Positions 9,803-19,630 of a DNA stretch of 64,000 nucleotides are shown here, one piece after another; the stretch's first letter is position 1; every line of letters starts with the position of its first letter. The notes under the pieces were generated by a model. It worked only from the letters and a program-made list of their open reading frames with translations. It searched no databases and was not told the DNA's origin. The translations under genes were made by a program, and so were the position numbers. The DNA lies in the NCBI GenBank assembly GCA_965215005.1, contig CBDCCZ010000049.1, forward strand, positions 96,001-160,000, read 5' to 3'. The DNA comes from Kofleriaceae bacterium (GTDB taxonomy: Bacteria > Myxococcota_A > Polyangia > Haliangiales > Haliangiaceae).

Positions 9803-10036
9803 TCGTCGCTCACCTCGCCGGCGCGGCGCACGCTGCGCCGCGAAATGCCCCTCGCCTGCTCATCAAGAACGAAAGCGCGCCAGCGCTCGCTGCTCTCACT
9901 TCGGGGCATGGTTCCACACTGATGCCCGCGGTCGCGCGCCTTCCGCGCATCACTTTCCCGTTTCGCTCCGTTCACGCAATGAGCGGAGCGCGCTCAGCTC
10001 CTGCTCCCAACTCTCCCCGCGTGCGACTGCGCGCCC

Positions 10037-10052
10037 TGGCGCGGCATTCGCA
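10037..10052 (+). promoter_or_regulatory. Sigma54-like -24/-12 promoter
   Basis: TGGCGCG-GCAT-TCGCA (GG-N10-GC), 57 nt upstream of ATG 10110. Confidence 0.45.
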
Positions 10053-10109
10053 AATGTCGGCCGCCAGAGCGCAGTCTCGGCTCGTTCATTGGGGAAGGAA
10101 CATCGAGCT

Positions 10110-13022
10110 ATGAAGAGTAAGAAATGCCTCGCGCTGCTTGCGGCGACCGCGTCCATGGCAACGAGCGCGGGGATCGCCGTCGCTGTCAACGGCGCGCAGC
10201 AGGCTCGCACGCTGCCATCCTATGACCTGGCCTCGGGAGAAGACGTGGTGCCGCTGAGCGGCGGCGACGTCACCGTGCAGACGCCGGCGGCGATGCGCTC
10301 GCGGCAGCAAGCGTTTCAAGCCGCGGTCACCGCCGACGTGGGCGAGCCGTGGATGCTCTCCTACGACATCACCACCGGGGTGCCGAGCCGGCTCTACGGC
10401 AAAGGCATTGCGGCGCCGGCAACCGTGCGCTCGGCAGCCGCGGCGGAGGCCTTCGCCCGCGCCTTCCTGGCCAAGCACCTCGACTTTCTCGCACCGGGCG
10501 CGTCGATCGACGACCTGATGCTTGCCGATAATCTCTTGATCGAGCGCGGCCACGCGCGCCACGTCGGCTTCGTACAACACTACAAGGGCATGCCGCTGGT
10601 CGCCGGCGGCGGCGTTACGTTTTACTTCAAGAACGATCGCCTGGCGACCATCACCTCGGAGGCAATGCCCGAGGTCGCGGTTGCGCAGCCGAGCTCTCTC
10701 GGTGCTCCGGCGAACGCGCGCGCCAGTGCGGCGGCATGGATGGGCGCTTCGCTCGGCCAGTCGCTAACGGCGAGCGACGTCGTCGGCGAGCCCGAAGGGC
10801 CGCTGGTGCTGCCGCTGGTCAAGGGCAGCGCGTTCGCACCGGCACGCATCGAGTATCGCGTGGTGTACCGCGTGGCGGTACAGACCGCAAAGCCCGTCAG
10901 CGGCTACGACGTGTTCGTCGATGCCACCACCGGTGTTGCGCTAGCACGCCGCCAGACGACGTTGTTCGTGAGCGGCACGGTTGGGTGGCAGCTCGGCAAG
11001 CGCCGCGCGAGCTCTGAGCTGCAGTTCGTTGCCGCGAGCAACGCCAAGACCAGCGTCGGCGATACCGATGCCGCCGGCAACGTTGAGGTCGGCGCCGGCG
11101 GAGCGGTCCGGCTCGAGACCAGCGGACGACTGGTGCGCATCGACAACAAAGCCGGCTCCAGCGTGTTCTCTGCGGAGGTCAACTCGGTTCCCGGCGGCCA
11201 AGCCTTTGCGACCGCACCGACCCGCGACCTCGACTACGCGGTGGTCAACACGTTCTCTTACTTAAACTTCGTGTTCGAGTACGCGCGTGCTCTCAATCCA
11301 TCGCTCGCGCAGCTCAACCGACCGATGACCGCCAACGTCAACCTCAACAACATCAACTGCAATGCCTCCTACACCAACTGGACGACCAACTTCTTTCAGA
11401 GTGGCGGCCAGTGCGGCAACACCGGCGCGCTTGCCGACGTGGTCATGCACGAGTTTGGCCACGGGCTCCACCAGTTCTCACTGCTATCCGGCGTGCGGTT
11501 TGACGGCGCCCTCAGCGAAGCGCACGGCGACATCCTCGCCACCACCATTGCGGGACGCCCCAACCTCGGCGAGGGCTTCTTCCTAAACAACCCCAGCGCC
11601 GGTCTTCGCGAGCTCGATCCGCAGGTCGATAAAGTCTTTCCGAGGGATATCTCCGGTCAGGTCCACACCGATGGCGAGGTTTACGGCGGAACCATGTGGG
11701 ACCTGCGCAAGGCCCTCGTTGCGAAGCTCGGCGAGGCCGCGGGCGTCGCTCGGTTCAACCAGATTTGGTACGACTCGATGCGCCGCGCCAACAACATGCA
11801 AACCGCCGACGTGCACATCTTCGAGGCGGACGACGACGACGGCGATGTCACCAACGGCACGCCCAACGCGTGCGAAATCGCTGCGACCCTAGAGGCGCAC
11901 GGCCTGCTCTTGACCGTCGGCAACACGCCAACCTCCCCCACGATTCGCACGCCGAGCCTCGACGGGATGACCGTTGCGTTCGACGTCGAAACCCCCAACA
12001 GCGATTGCGTCGTGGCGCAGGTGCAGTCGGCTTCGCTGCGCTGGAAGGTGCGCGGCGACGATAGTGACGCCGGCAATGTAGCAATGACCGCGACCGCAAC
12101 GGGATACAAGGCGGTGCTGCCCGCGAAGTCGAGCGGCACCGTGCTCAACTATCAAATCGTCGTGGAGCTCACCGATGGCAATACGACCACGTGGCCGCGC
12201 AACGCCGCCGATCCCTGGTACGAGATGTACGTCGGCCCGGTCGAAGAGGTCTATTGCGCGCGCATGGACACCGACCCCGGCTTCACCACCGGCGGCACCG
12301 GCGTCAGTTGGCAGTACGGCCCCGCCGTGGCCTCCGGCGACGACCCTGCCGCGGCCTACACCGGCACCAATATCTTTGGACAGAACCTCGGACTTCCCTA
12401 TACCGCCAGCGCGGAGAGCTGGGCCGAGGTGAAAGTCGATGGCCTCGAAGGCCGCGAGAACCTGCACTTGCAGTATCGCCGCTGGCTCAACGTGGAAGAC
12501 GGCAACTTCGACCAAGCGACGATTTCGATCAACGGCAAGAACGCATGGTCCAACTTGAACAGCGCGCAAGGCGACAACAGCAACGTTCACCATAAAGATG
12601 GCGAGTGGCGCTTTCATGACATTGCGCTCGCGCCGTATCTCGATGGCAGCGGCTCCGCCACCATTCGCTTTTCGCTCACCTCCGATGCGGGACTCGAGTT
12701 TGGCGGCTGGAACCTCGATGACGTGTGCGTCGTCGCCATGGCAACCGGACCGGTCTGCGGCAACGGCGAGGTCGAAGAGACCGAGCAATGCGATGACAGC
12801 AACACCGCCGATGGCGACGGCTGTTCGGCGAGCTGTCAAACCGAGGGTGTCGACGAGGACACCGACGAAGACACCGACACCGATACCGGCAACGAAAGCC
12901 CCGCGGACGGGGATGACGCTGGCGGCTGCGGATGCCGCGCTGGAAGCGATCCGTCGCAGACCGGCGCTGCGATCTTCCTGATGCTCGGTGTCATCGCAAT
13001 CTTGCGACGCCGCCGCTGCTAA
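10110..13022 (+). CDS. Secreted M36/M4-like zinc metalloprotease with myxobacterial Cys-rich repeat and MYXO-CTERM
   Basis: Signal peptide and propeptide. HEFGH plus downstream LSEAHGD. CGNGEVEETEQCDD..DGCSASC repeat. GGCGC-TM-RRRR tail. Confidence 0.85.
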   Translation: MKSKKCLALLAATASMATSAGIAVAVNGAQQARTLPSYDLASGEDVVPLSGGDVTVQTPAAMRSRQQAFQAAVTADVGEPWMLSYDITTGVPSRLYGKGIAAPATVRSAAAAEAFARAFLAKHLDFLAPGASIDDLMLADNLLIERGHARHVGFVQHYKGMPLVAGGGVTFYFKNDRLATITSEAMPEVAVAQPSSLGAPANARASAAAWMGASLGQSLTASDVVGEPEGPLVLPLVKGSAFAPARIEYRVVYRVAVQTAKPVSGYDVFVDATTGVALARRQTTLFVSGTVGWQLGKRRASSELQFVAASNAKTSVGDTDAAGNVEVGAGGAVRLETSGRLVRIDNKAGSSVFSAEVNSVPGGQAFATAPTRDLDYAVVNTFSYLNFVFEYARALNPSLAQLNRPMTANVNLNNINCNASYTNWTTNFFQSGGQCGNTGALADVVMHEFGHGLHQFSLLSGVRFDGALSEAHGDILATTIAGRPNLGEGFFLNNPSAGLRELDPQVDKVFPRDISGQVHTDGEVYGGTMWDLRKALVAKLGEAAGVARFNQIWYDSMRRANNMQTADVHIFEADDDDGDVTNGTPNACEIAATLEAHGLLLTVGNTPTSPTIRTPSLDGMTVAFDVETPNSDCVVAQVQSASLRWKVRGDDSDAGNVAMTATATGYKAVLPAKSSGTVLNYQIVVELTDGNTTTWPRNAADPWYEMYVGPVEEVYCARMDTDPGFTTGGTGVSWQYGPAVASGDDPAAAYTGTNIFGQNLGLPYTASAESWAEVKVDGLEGRENLHLQYRRWLNVEDGNFDQATISINGKNAWSNLNSAQGDNSNVHHKDGEWRFHDIALAPYLDGSGSATIRFSLTSDAGLEFGGWNLDDVCVVAMATGPVCGNGEVEETEQCDDSNTADGDGCSASCQTEGVDEDTDEDTDTDTGNESPADGDDAGGCGCRAGSDPSQTGAAIFLMLGVIAILRRRRC

Positions 13023-13035
13023 AGCACATCATCGT

Positions 13036-13068
13036 GGTCGCAGGGCATCCTGGTCCTGCGACCCTTTG
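13036..13068 (+). terminator. Rho-independent terminator-like hairpin
   Basis: ggtcgcagg / cctgcgacc 9-bp stem followed by cttt, between convergent genes. Confidence 0.55.
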
Positions 13069-13081
13069 ATCCGCGACTGCC

Positions 13082-13969
13082 CTAACGGCGGTCGCGAATC
13101 AATCCCTCCTGCATCGTCGAAGCCACCAACACGCCATCGCGCGTGAACCAACGGCCGCGCGCCAACCCTCGCGCTGCCTGCGCCGACGGCGCATCGATAT
13201 CGTAGAGAAGCCAGTCATCGAAGCGAAACGCGCGGTGCAGCCACATCGCGTGGTCGAGGCTCGCCACCTGCATCCCTGGGGTTAGCCAACTCACGCCGTG
13301 AGGCTGCATCGTCGAGCCGAGCAAGTGGAAATCCGATGCGTAGGCGAGGATGTATTGGTGGATCGAGCGCTGGTCGGGCAACTGACCATTGGCGCGAAAC
13401 CACACCTGGCGGCGCGGCTCGCTAACGCTCGGTTTCATCGGGTCCATCGGCACCACCGGGCGGATCTCGATGGGCCGGTCGCTCACCACCCGCTCGCGCA
13501 TCGCCTGCGGGATCGCGGCGAGCGCGCTCGCGGGCAACCGCTCGAGATAGCGCCGCCCGAGCTCTTGCTCGGAACGCAGCCCATCGGGCCCCGCGACCTC
13601 GGGCATGACGTCGGCCTGATGATCGAATCCAGGCTCTTCGAGCTGAAATGAAGCCGAAAGGCTGAAGATCGCCCGGCCATCTTGAACCGCGACGACTCGA
13701 CGCGTGGTGAAGCTGCGGCCGTCGCGAATTGGGTCGACCGTGAAGACAATCGACTTGTTTGCATCGCCTGGACGCAGGAAGTAGCCGTGCAGGGAATGCA
13801 CGGGACGGTCGCTCGGCACCGTCTGCTCGGCAGCCGACAACGACTGCCCGAGCACCTGGCCGCCAAACACGCGTCCCCAGCCCAAGTCCTGGCTCCGACC
13901 GCGAAAGATGTTTTCCTCGATCCGCTCGAGGCTGAGGATATCGATTAGCTCGCTGAGCACGTTCCGCAT
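13082..13969 (-). CDS. tesB: Acyl-CoA thioesterase II
   Basis: RVFGGQVLGQ, HSLHGYFLRPG, RDGRSFTTRRV, ASLDHAMW and QEGLIR. Confidence 0.95.
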   Translation of the reverse strand: MRNVLSELIDILSLERIEENIFRGRSQDLGWGRVFGGQVLGQSLSAAEQTVPSDRPVHSLHGYFLRPGDANKSIVFTVDPIRDGRSFTTRRVVAVQDGRAIFSLSASFQLEEPGFDHQADVMPEVAGPDGLRSEQELGRRYLERLPASALAAIPQAMRERVVSDRPIEIRPVVPMDPMKPSVSEPRRQVWFRANGQLPDQRSIHQYILAYASDFHLLGSTMQPHGVSWLTPGMQVASLDHAMWLHRAFRFDDWLLYDIDAPSAQAARGLARGRWFTRDGVLVASTMQEGLIRDRR

Positions 13970-14185
13970 CGCGTCAACCTTGGTCCTGCAAGCGCGCGTG
14001 CGCCAGTTTTGCCTCGCAACCAAACGCCGCACAGCGCTCGGCACGCTCCTGCCTCTGGTTGACCGCGGCCACCCGCGCAGCAGGTGAGATATCGCGGGAT
14101 TCCTACCGAGTTCCTGCCGCCGCGCGTTTCACCATCGCCGCGAGTGCGGCATGATGCGCCCTATCGTACTCAATTTGGAGGCACC

Positions 14186-14782
14186 ATGCTCACCCTCGTT
14201 CACGCACCGCAGTCGCGCTCGTCCCGCATCCTCTGGCTCCTCGAAGAGCTGGGAGCCGAATACGAGGTCATTTACGTCGAGATCGAACGCCGCGACGGGA
14301 CCGGCCGGCAGGACCCGAAGAACCCGCACCCAGACAAGAAAGTCCCTGCGCTGCTTCACGACGGCGTGACCATCACCGAGTCCACGGCGATCGCGCTCTA
14401 CTTGACCGACATGCACCCGCACGCGGGCTTGGGACCGCGCATCAATGATGCCAAACGCGGCACCTACCTCACGTGGCTCTCGTATTACGGCGGAGTGATC
14501 GAGCCGGTCATGACGTTGGCGATGGCAGGCGTTGGCGACAACGAAGCGGTTCGCCGTGCGTTCCGCGGCCGCGAGCAGATCGATACCCGCATTCGCGAAG
14601 CGCTCAAGATGGGACCGTATCTGATTGGCGAGCAATTTACGGCTGCCGATATCCTCCTCACGAGCATGGGCCTATGGTCCCGGGAGCTGCTTCCTGCGGG
14701 GGAAGAAATCGATAGCTACATCGCTCGCTGCACCAAGCGGCCGGCACTAGAGCGCGCCCAGAAACAAGACGCCGAGGCGTGA
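14186..14782 (+). CDS. Glutathione S-transferase family protein
   Basis: SRSSRILWLLEELG, KVPAL, ITESTAIALYL and FTAADI. RBS ggagg before ATG 14186. Confidence 0.92.
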   Translation: MLTLVHAPQSRSSRILWLLEELGAEYEVIYVEIERRDGTGRQDPKNPHPDKKVPALLHDGVTITESTAIALYLTDMHPHAGLGPRINDAKRGTYLTWLSYYGGVIEPVMTLAMAGVGDNEAVRRAFRGREQIDTRIREALKMGPYLIGEQFTAADILLTSMGLWSRELLPAGEEIDSYIARCTKRPALERAQKQDAEA

Positions 14783-14783
14783 C

Positions 14784-17171
14784 TCAACGCAGCGCCCGCG
14801 CGACTTGCTGCGCGAGCTCACTCACGCGGTAGGGCTTCTTGACGAAGCCCTTCACACCATCTGCAAGGTAGTCAACGCTGCCCTGCCGCGTGAAGCCAGA
14901 GGAATACAAGGCGCGCACGTCGGGCGCGATGCGTTTCATCGCGGCAAGCGCCTCGCGCCCGCTCATCGACGGCATGACCATATCGAGGATGACCAGGTCG
15001 ATCCGCTGATGCTCGCTCGTAAACACTCGAAGCGCCGCAGCGCCATCGTCCGCCTCGATGACCTCGTAACCGAGCTGGCGAAGCAAGCGGCACGCGACCC
15101 GCCGTACCATCGGCTCATCGTCCGCGAGCAAGATTCGACCGCGACCGCGCGGCGGCGCGAGTTGCGACACCTTGGTGGGCACCGCCGCAGCGCTCACCGG
15201 CAGATACAGGCAAGCGATGGTCCCTTGCCCGAGCTCGCTGCGCAGCGCAATCTCGCCGCCGTGATCGCGCACGGCGCTGTAGGCTGAGGACAATCCGAGG
15301 CCAGTGCCGTGGCCAACTTCTTTGGTCGTGAAAAACGGCTCGAACGCGCGCTCCACCGTCTCTGCGGTCATCCCCCCGCCCGAGTCGCGAACCTCGACCT
15401 CGATGTAGGGGCCTGGCGCCAGCGCAGCGCCGCTGGTTTCGCAGTACGCCGCGTCGAGATCGAGGTTGCAACTGGAGATGGTCAACGTCCCGCCGTCGAC
15501 CATGGCATCTCGGGCGTTGAGACCTAGGTTTAGGATCGCATTCTGCAGCTGCGCAGGATCGCCGTACACGCAACGCATCCTGGCGGTGAGCTGCTCGCGT
15601 ATCAGGATATTGCGATTGACGGTACGCATGAGCAACGCGATGGCAGAGCTCACCACCTCATGGACGTCCACCGGCTCGCGAACTTGTCGTCCCTTGCGTG
15701 AGAAATCGAGCAGCTTTTGGGTGAGCTGGGCGGCGTTGTCTGCTGCTTCGAGAATGGTGTCGGCGACCTCTACCAGCGCGGGCCGATCGCGCAGCCCGCG
15801 AGTGAGAATTTCAGCGGACCCCATGATGGCGGTGAGCATGTTGTTGAAGTCATGCGCGATCCCGCCGGCGAGCTGGCCAATCGAGTCCATCTTTTGGCTC
15901 TGTCGTACCTGCTCTTCGAGGCGACGCTGCTCGGTGACGTCGCGAAACACCAGCACGACGCCCACCGCAGTTCCATCCGCCGCACGCATGGGCGCGGCGT
16001 TCTCGGCGATCTTCCAGCATCGACCGGTTCGCGAACGCAGCGTCGCATCCATGCGACGATCCTCGTTGCTGCTATCGAGTAGCCAACTCAGGGGCAGCGA
16101 CTCGACGCCGTCCTCTTCCTCCCGCTCCACGCAATACACCTCACCCAGCAGACGTCCAAGCGCATCGCCTCGGTTCCACCCCGTGAGCTGCTCGGCGACC
16201 GGATTCATCCGCAGCACGCGACCGGCCGCGTCAGCGGCGATGACCCCATCACCAATCGACTCGAGCGTGATGCGCAGGTTCTCTTCGCTCTGGATCAGCG
16301 CATCTTCGGCGAGCTTGCGATCGGTGATGTCCTCAAAGGTTCCAAGGATCCCCACCACCGCGCCCGCCGCGTCGTGCAGCGGAATTTTATTGGTGACCAG
16401 CCAGGCCTGTCTGCCGTCGGCCTGCAGCTGCGGCTCGATGATGTGCAGCTCGCCAGAGTCCCGCTCCATGACCCGCCGATCCACCTGCCGGAAGAAGTCG
16501 GCTTCCTCGCGCTTCCATGCCAGCTCATAGTCGGTCTTGCCGACGATCGCCTCTACCGAGGGCACTCCAGCGACCTTCGCCAGGTTGCGGTTGCAACCGA
16601 GATACACCGAGTCGCGATCTTTCCAAAACACGTGCTGCGGAATGTTATCGAGCACCAGCTGGAACATTTCCGTCGCGCGCCGCAGCTCCTCCTCGATACG
16701 CTTGCGCTCGCGAATGTCGCGCATGATGGTCGAGAGGTACGCCACGGCGCCATCCGGGTGGCGGTGCACGACGATCACCTGCGACACTGGGATTTCCTCG
16801 CCGGTGCGCGTGAGCACCGCCGTCTCTCCTTGCCAGTTGCCGTGGCGCAGCGCCGCCGGCAGCCCCTCCTCGTGAACCTTGCGCACCGCCCACGCCGGAC
16901 GTAGGTCATCGATTCGGAATCCTTCTAACGACTCATCGGGCGCTAACCCTAGCAGCAAGCGGCCGGCGCGATTCAAGTAGGCCAACCGACCATCGGGCTC
17001 GGCGGCGCCGACGAGGTCGGTGGTTGCCTCGAGCAATGCAACCAGTCGCTGCTCCCATCCGCGCGGATCACGACGTTCGCGCTCGAGCTCCTCGATGCGA
17101 GCCTCGAGCGCAGCGATGCGAGCCGCTGCGCCAAGGTGCTCGTCGACGGTCTTGCCCTCCTGCCTACCCAC
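14784..17171 (-). CDS. Hybrid sensor histidine kinase with three PAS domains and C-terminal receiver
   Basis: PAS/PAC repeats, H-box GGIAHDFNNML, N-box NARDAM, PFFTTK..GTGLGL, and receiver ILLADD...LDMVMP. Confidence 0.93.
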   Translation of the reverse strand: MGRQEGKTVDEHLGAAARIAALEARIEELERERRDPRGWEQRLVALLEATTDLVGAAEPDGRLAYLNRAGRLLLGLAPDESLEGFRIDDLRPAWAVRKVHEEGLPAALRHGNWQGETAVLTRTGEEIPVSQVIVVHRHPDGAVAYLSTIMRDIRERKRIEEELRRATEMFQLVLDNIPQHVFWKDRDSVYLGCNRNLAKVAGVPSVEAIVGKTDYELAWKREEADFFRQVDRRVMERDSGELHIIEPQLQADGRQAWLVTNKIPLHDAAGAVVGILGTFEDITDRKLAEDALIQSEENLRITLESIGDGVIAADAAGRVLRMNPVAEQLTGWNRGDALGRLLGEVYCVEREEEDGVESLPLSWLLDSSNEDRRMDATLRSRTGRCWKIAENAAPMRAADGTAVGVVLVFRDVTEQRRLEEQVRQSQKMDSIGQLAGGIAHDFNNMLTAIMGSAEILTRGLRDRPALVEVADTILEAADNAAQLTQKLLDFSRKGRQVREPVDVHEVVSSAIALLMRTVNRNILIREQLTARMRCVYGDPAQLQNAILNLGLNARDAMVDGGTLTISSCNLDLDAAYCETSGAALAPGPYIEVEVRDSGGGMTAETVERAFEPFFTTKEVGHGTGLGLSSAYSAVRDHGGEIALRSELGQGTIACLYLPVSAAAVPTKVSQLAPPRGRGRILLADDEPMVRRVACRLLRQLGYEVIEADDGAAALRVFTSEHQRIDLVILDMVMPSMSGREALAAMKRIAPDVRALYSSGFTRQGSVDYLADGVKGFVKKPYRVSELAQQVARALR

Positions 17172-17210
17172 GGTCGCTCGCTCATTGTAAGAGCAGCCGC
17201 ACGCGATTTT

Positions 17211-18542
17211 CTAGGGACTCCGCGTGATGTACTCCCCGAGCTCGGCCGCCGACAGATCGACGCTTGGATCGATGAGCGGCGCGCTGCGGCGCCCATTGAG
17301 CGACACCGCCACCTCTGCCCACACGCGCACCTCGCGATGACCTCGCGACGCAAAATCCGCGGCGATGCGGCGCGCGAGCTGGTGCACCATGCCCGGCTGG
17401 ATGCTCATCATCTTCTCTTGTCGGGGCGTTAGGTACTCGCGCGGATACACCGTCCATTCGCCCGTCGCAGTGGTCACGTGGAAGCGCGCGTTGCCGGCCT
17501 TCTCAGCGACCATCACCTTCCACGACCACCGCATACCCTGCTCGGTCCACAAGACGTTGCCGGGATAGAGGAAGTGCCGCAGCGGCACGAGGAGCTGCAG
17601 GGCGAAGTGCGCGGTGAGCGCGACGGCACCGGTGCGGTGGCGCCAGGTGATGCGCGGTTGTGCAACCGCCGCTAAAGGCATCAGTGGCGCGTTGCGTCGT
17701 GGCCAACTCGGCGGGAAGAACAGCGTCGCGTTGGCGATCATCAGCCACGGAAACAATCCCAGCGAGAATATGCGGAACGTCGCGAGGTGGAATATCACCG
17801 CGGCCGCAAAGGCAAGTGTGCGGGTGCGTCGCCACGACAGCGCGGCCGGCAGAAGCAAGTCGAACACGGCCGCAGACCAGCTCGCCGCATAGGCCATCCA
17901 TTGCTCGCGCAAGAGAGCTCCGAGCAGCGGAATATCAGAGCTGGCAGCAAACCAAATGCGCAGCGGCTGCGCCTGCAGCAGCCAGTCGGCGTTGAGCTTG
18001 GCGACGCCGGCGAACACGTAAACCAGCCCCACCTGCGCCCGCAGCACCCAAAGACACCACCGCGGTGCGACGGCGACGCCGCGTCCAAGCGGCATGAACA
18101 CCAAGAGCAGCGCGAGGATGCTCACCAAGTAATAGTGATTGAGGTAGTTCGTCTGATCGAGCAGCTCCACGTACGTGAAGCCGAGGAAGAATAAAGCTGT
18201 GCTCGCTCGCCACCACACACCAGCGGCGATGCATACCGCCAAGCATCCCAATGCTGCGAAGTGAACGTACATTCCCCAGTCCGGCCACGGCGAGAGCCAC
18301 TCGAAGCCGTGATAGGGAAACCACATCGACGGCTCGATGTAGAGCTGGGCGATCCAGCCATACGCAAAGAACCGCACCACGCCCACGAACATGAGCGCGC
18401 CGAACGCAACCCGCCACGCGACCATGGAGGCAGCATCGATGGGCTCGAGAGCACGCTCCAGAAGTCGCCGAGGACGTCTAACAGCCGGCAGCAGTGACCC
18501 TCCACTCTTGGCGTCGAGCTCCGCCGCAGGCGCGGAGCTCAT
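17211..18542 (-). CDS. HTTM domain protein, vitamin K-dependent gamma-carboxylase-like
   Basis: Multi-TM protein with YLNHYYL, YVFAGVAKLNADWL and WTEQGMRWSWKVM. Confidence 0.88.
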   Translation of the reverse strand: MSSAPAAELDAKSGGSLLPAVRRPRRLLERALEPIDAASMVAWRVAFGALMFVGVVRFFAYGWIAQLYIEPSMWFPYHGFEWLSPWPDWGMYVHFAALGCLAVCIAAGVWWRASTALFFLGFTYVELLDQTNYLNHYYLVSILALLLVFMPLGRGVAVAPRWCLWVLRAQVGLVYVFAGVAKLNADWLLQAQPLRIWFAASSDIPLLGALLREQWMAYAASWSAAVFDLLLPAALSWRRTRTLAFAAAVIFHLATFRIFSLGLFPWLMIANATLFFPPSWPRRNAPLMPLAAVAQPRITWRHRTGAVALTAHFALQLLVPLRHFLYPGNVLWTEQGMRWSWKVMVAEKAGNARFHVTTATGEWTVYPREYLTPRQEKMMSIQPGMVHQLARRIAADFASRGHREVRVWAEVAVSLNGRRSAPLIDPSVDLSAAELGEYITRSP

Positions 18543-18550
18543 TAGACTGC

Positions 18551-19630
18551 TCAGTCACCGTCACTGTCACCGAAGGTCGGCGTGAGCCCCAAGACGCCGG
18601 CGACATCGACAACGTGCAGGTTATAGAGGGTCTTGGCGCACGCGAAGGCCGCCTCGACCTCGGTCGGCGAGGACACGACCGCCTCTTCCAACGGGGGCAA
18701 AATCGCCTCGAGTGCGGCGTTGCAACGCTCGTAGGTGGCAAGAACCTCGGCATCGAGCTGGGGATCGAGGCCGCGAACCGCGCTGCTAAAGCTCGTTCCA
18801 CTGCCTTCGCCTAAGCTCGCGGTGTAGACAGCCAGCGCACCCTCGAGTGCAAGCCCGGCGTCGCTGAGCGAGGCGTGAGCATACGGCGACTCCACGGCCT
18901 GCGGCTGCGGCTGACCGCCGTCGCGCTTACCCAGCGGCTTTGCGAGCTTCATGCTCTCGATGTTGGCGAGGCCACCAAACAGCGCGTTGGCTACCGCGTT
19001 GAGCGCCATCGACAGCGCATCGTAGGTGCCACTGCCGTCGCCGGCGAGGATGAGCTCGCCGCGAAAGTCGCCGCCTTCGGGCTCCCACGCGCGCAGCAGC
19101 GCCTCGACGCGCTCATCGATGGCGCGCGCCACCGCCGCGGCGTAGGCGCATGCGCGCGGCTCGACAAGACGATCGGCACGCGCGAATAGGAGATACTCGA
19201 GCGCCGGAAAGCCTTTGCGGGTGACACCGAGATTGCCGACGTAGGCGTCATCGATCGGAGTGACCTGGTCGAGCTCATCGTCAATGTCGCCCGGGCGTGG
19301 GGGCCAGAAATCCAGCGCGGCGACGATCCGCAAATCGGTGGCTGGGCCGAAGCGAAGTGCTTCGGCGCGCTTCCACGGCCCCCGCGCATCTCGCCACGCC
19401 TGGCGCGCCGATTCCACCGCGGCCGCATCATCGGGCTTCTCGCACAGCGATTCCACGGCCATTGCTAGCGCTGTGGTGACCGGCGGCAACTCGCGATAGG
19501 TCGGCAGAATAACGCCGTCCGTGAGGTCGATGAGCAGCTGGCGACGGCTATCCGGATGACCGCTCGCGCCACCACTGCTCGAGCAACCGCCGCTCATCAA
19601 CACGAGCAAGCACAACCATCGCCAATTCAT
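18551..19630 (-). CDS. Imelysin family (M75-like) lipoprotein
   Basis: Lipobox SGGC. ARQAW, FGP, DFWP, KGFPALEYLLF, KLAKPLG and C-terminal FGDSDGD. Confidence 0.88.
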   Translation of the reverse strand: MNWRWLCLLVLMSGGCSSSGGASGHPDSRRQLLIDLTDGVILPTYRELPPVTTALAMAVESLCEKPDDAAAVESARQAWRDARGPWKRAEALRFGPATDLRIVAALDFWPPRPGDIDDELDQVTPIDDAYVGNLGVTRKGFPALEYLLFARADRLVEPRACAYAAAVARAIDERVEALLRAWEPEGGDFRGELILAGDGSGTYDALSMALNAVANALFGGLANIESMKLAKPLGKRDGGQPQPQAVESPYAHASLSDAGLALEGALAVYTASLGEGSGTSFSSAVRGLDPQLDAEVLATYERCNAALEAILPPLEEAVVSSPTEVEAAFACAKTLYNLHVVDVAGVLGLTPTFGDSDGD

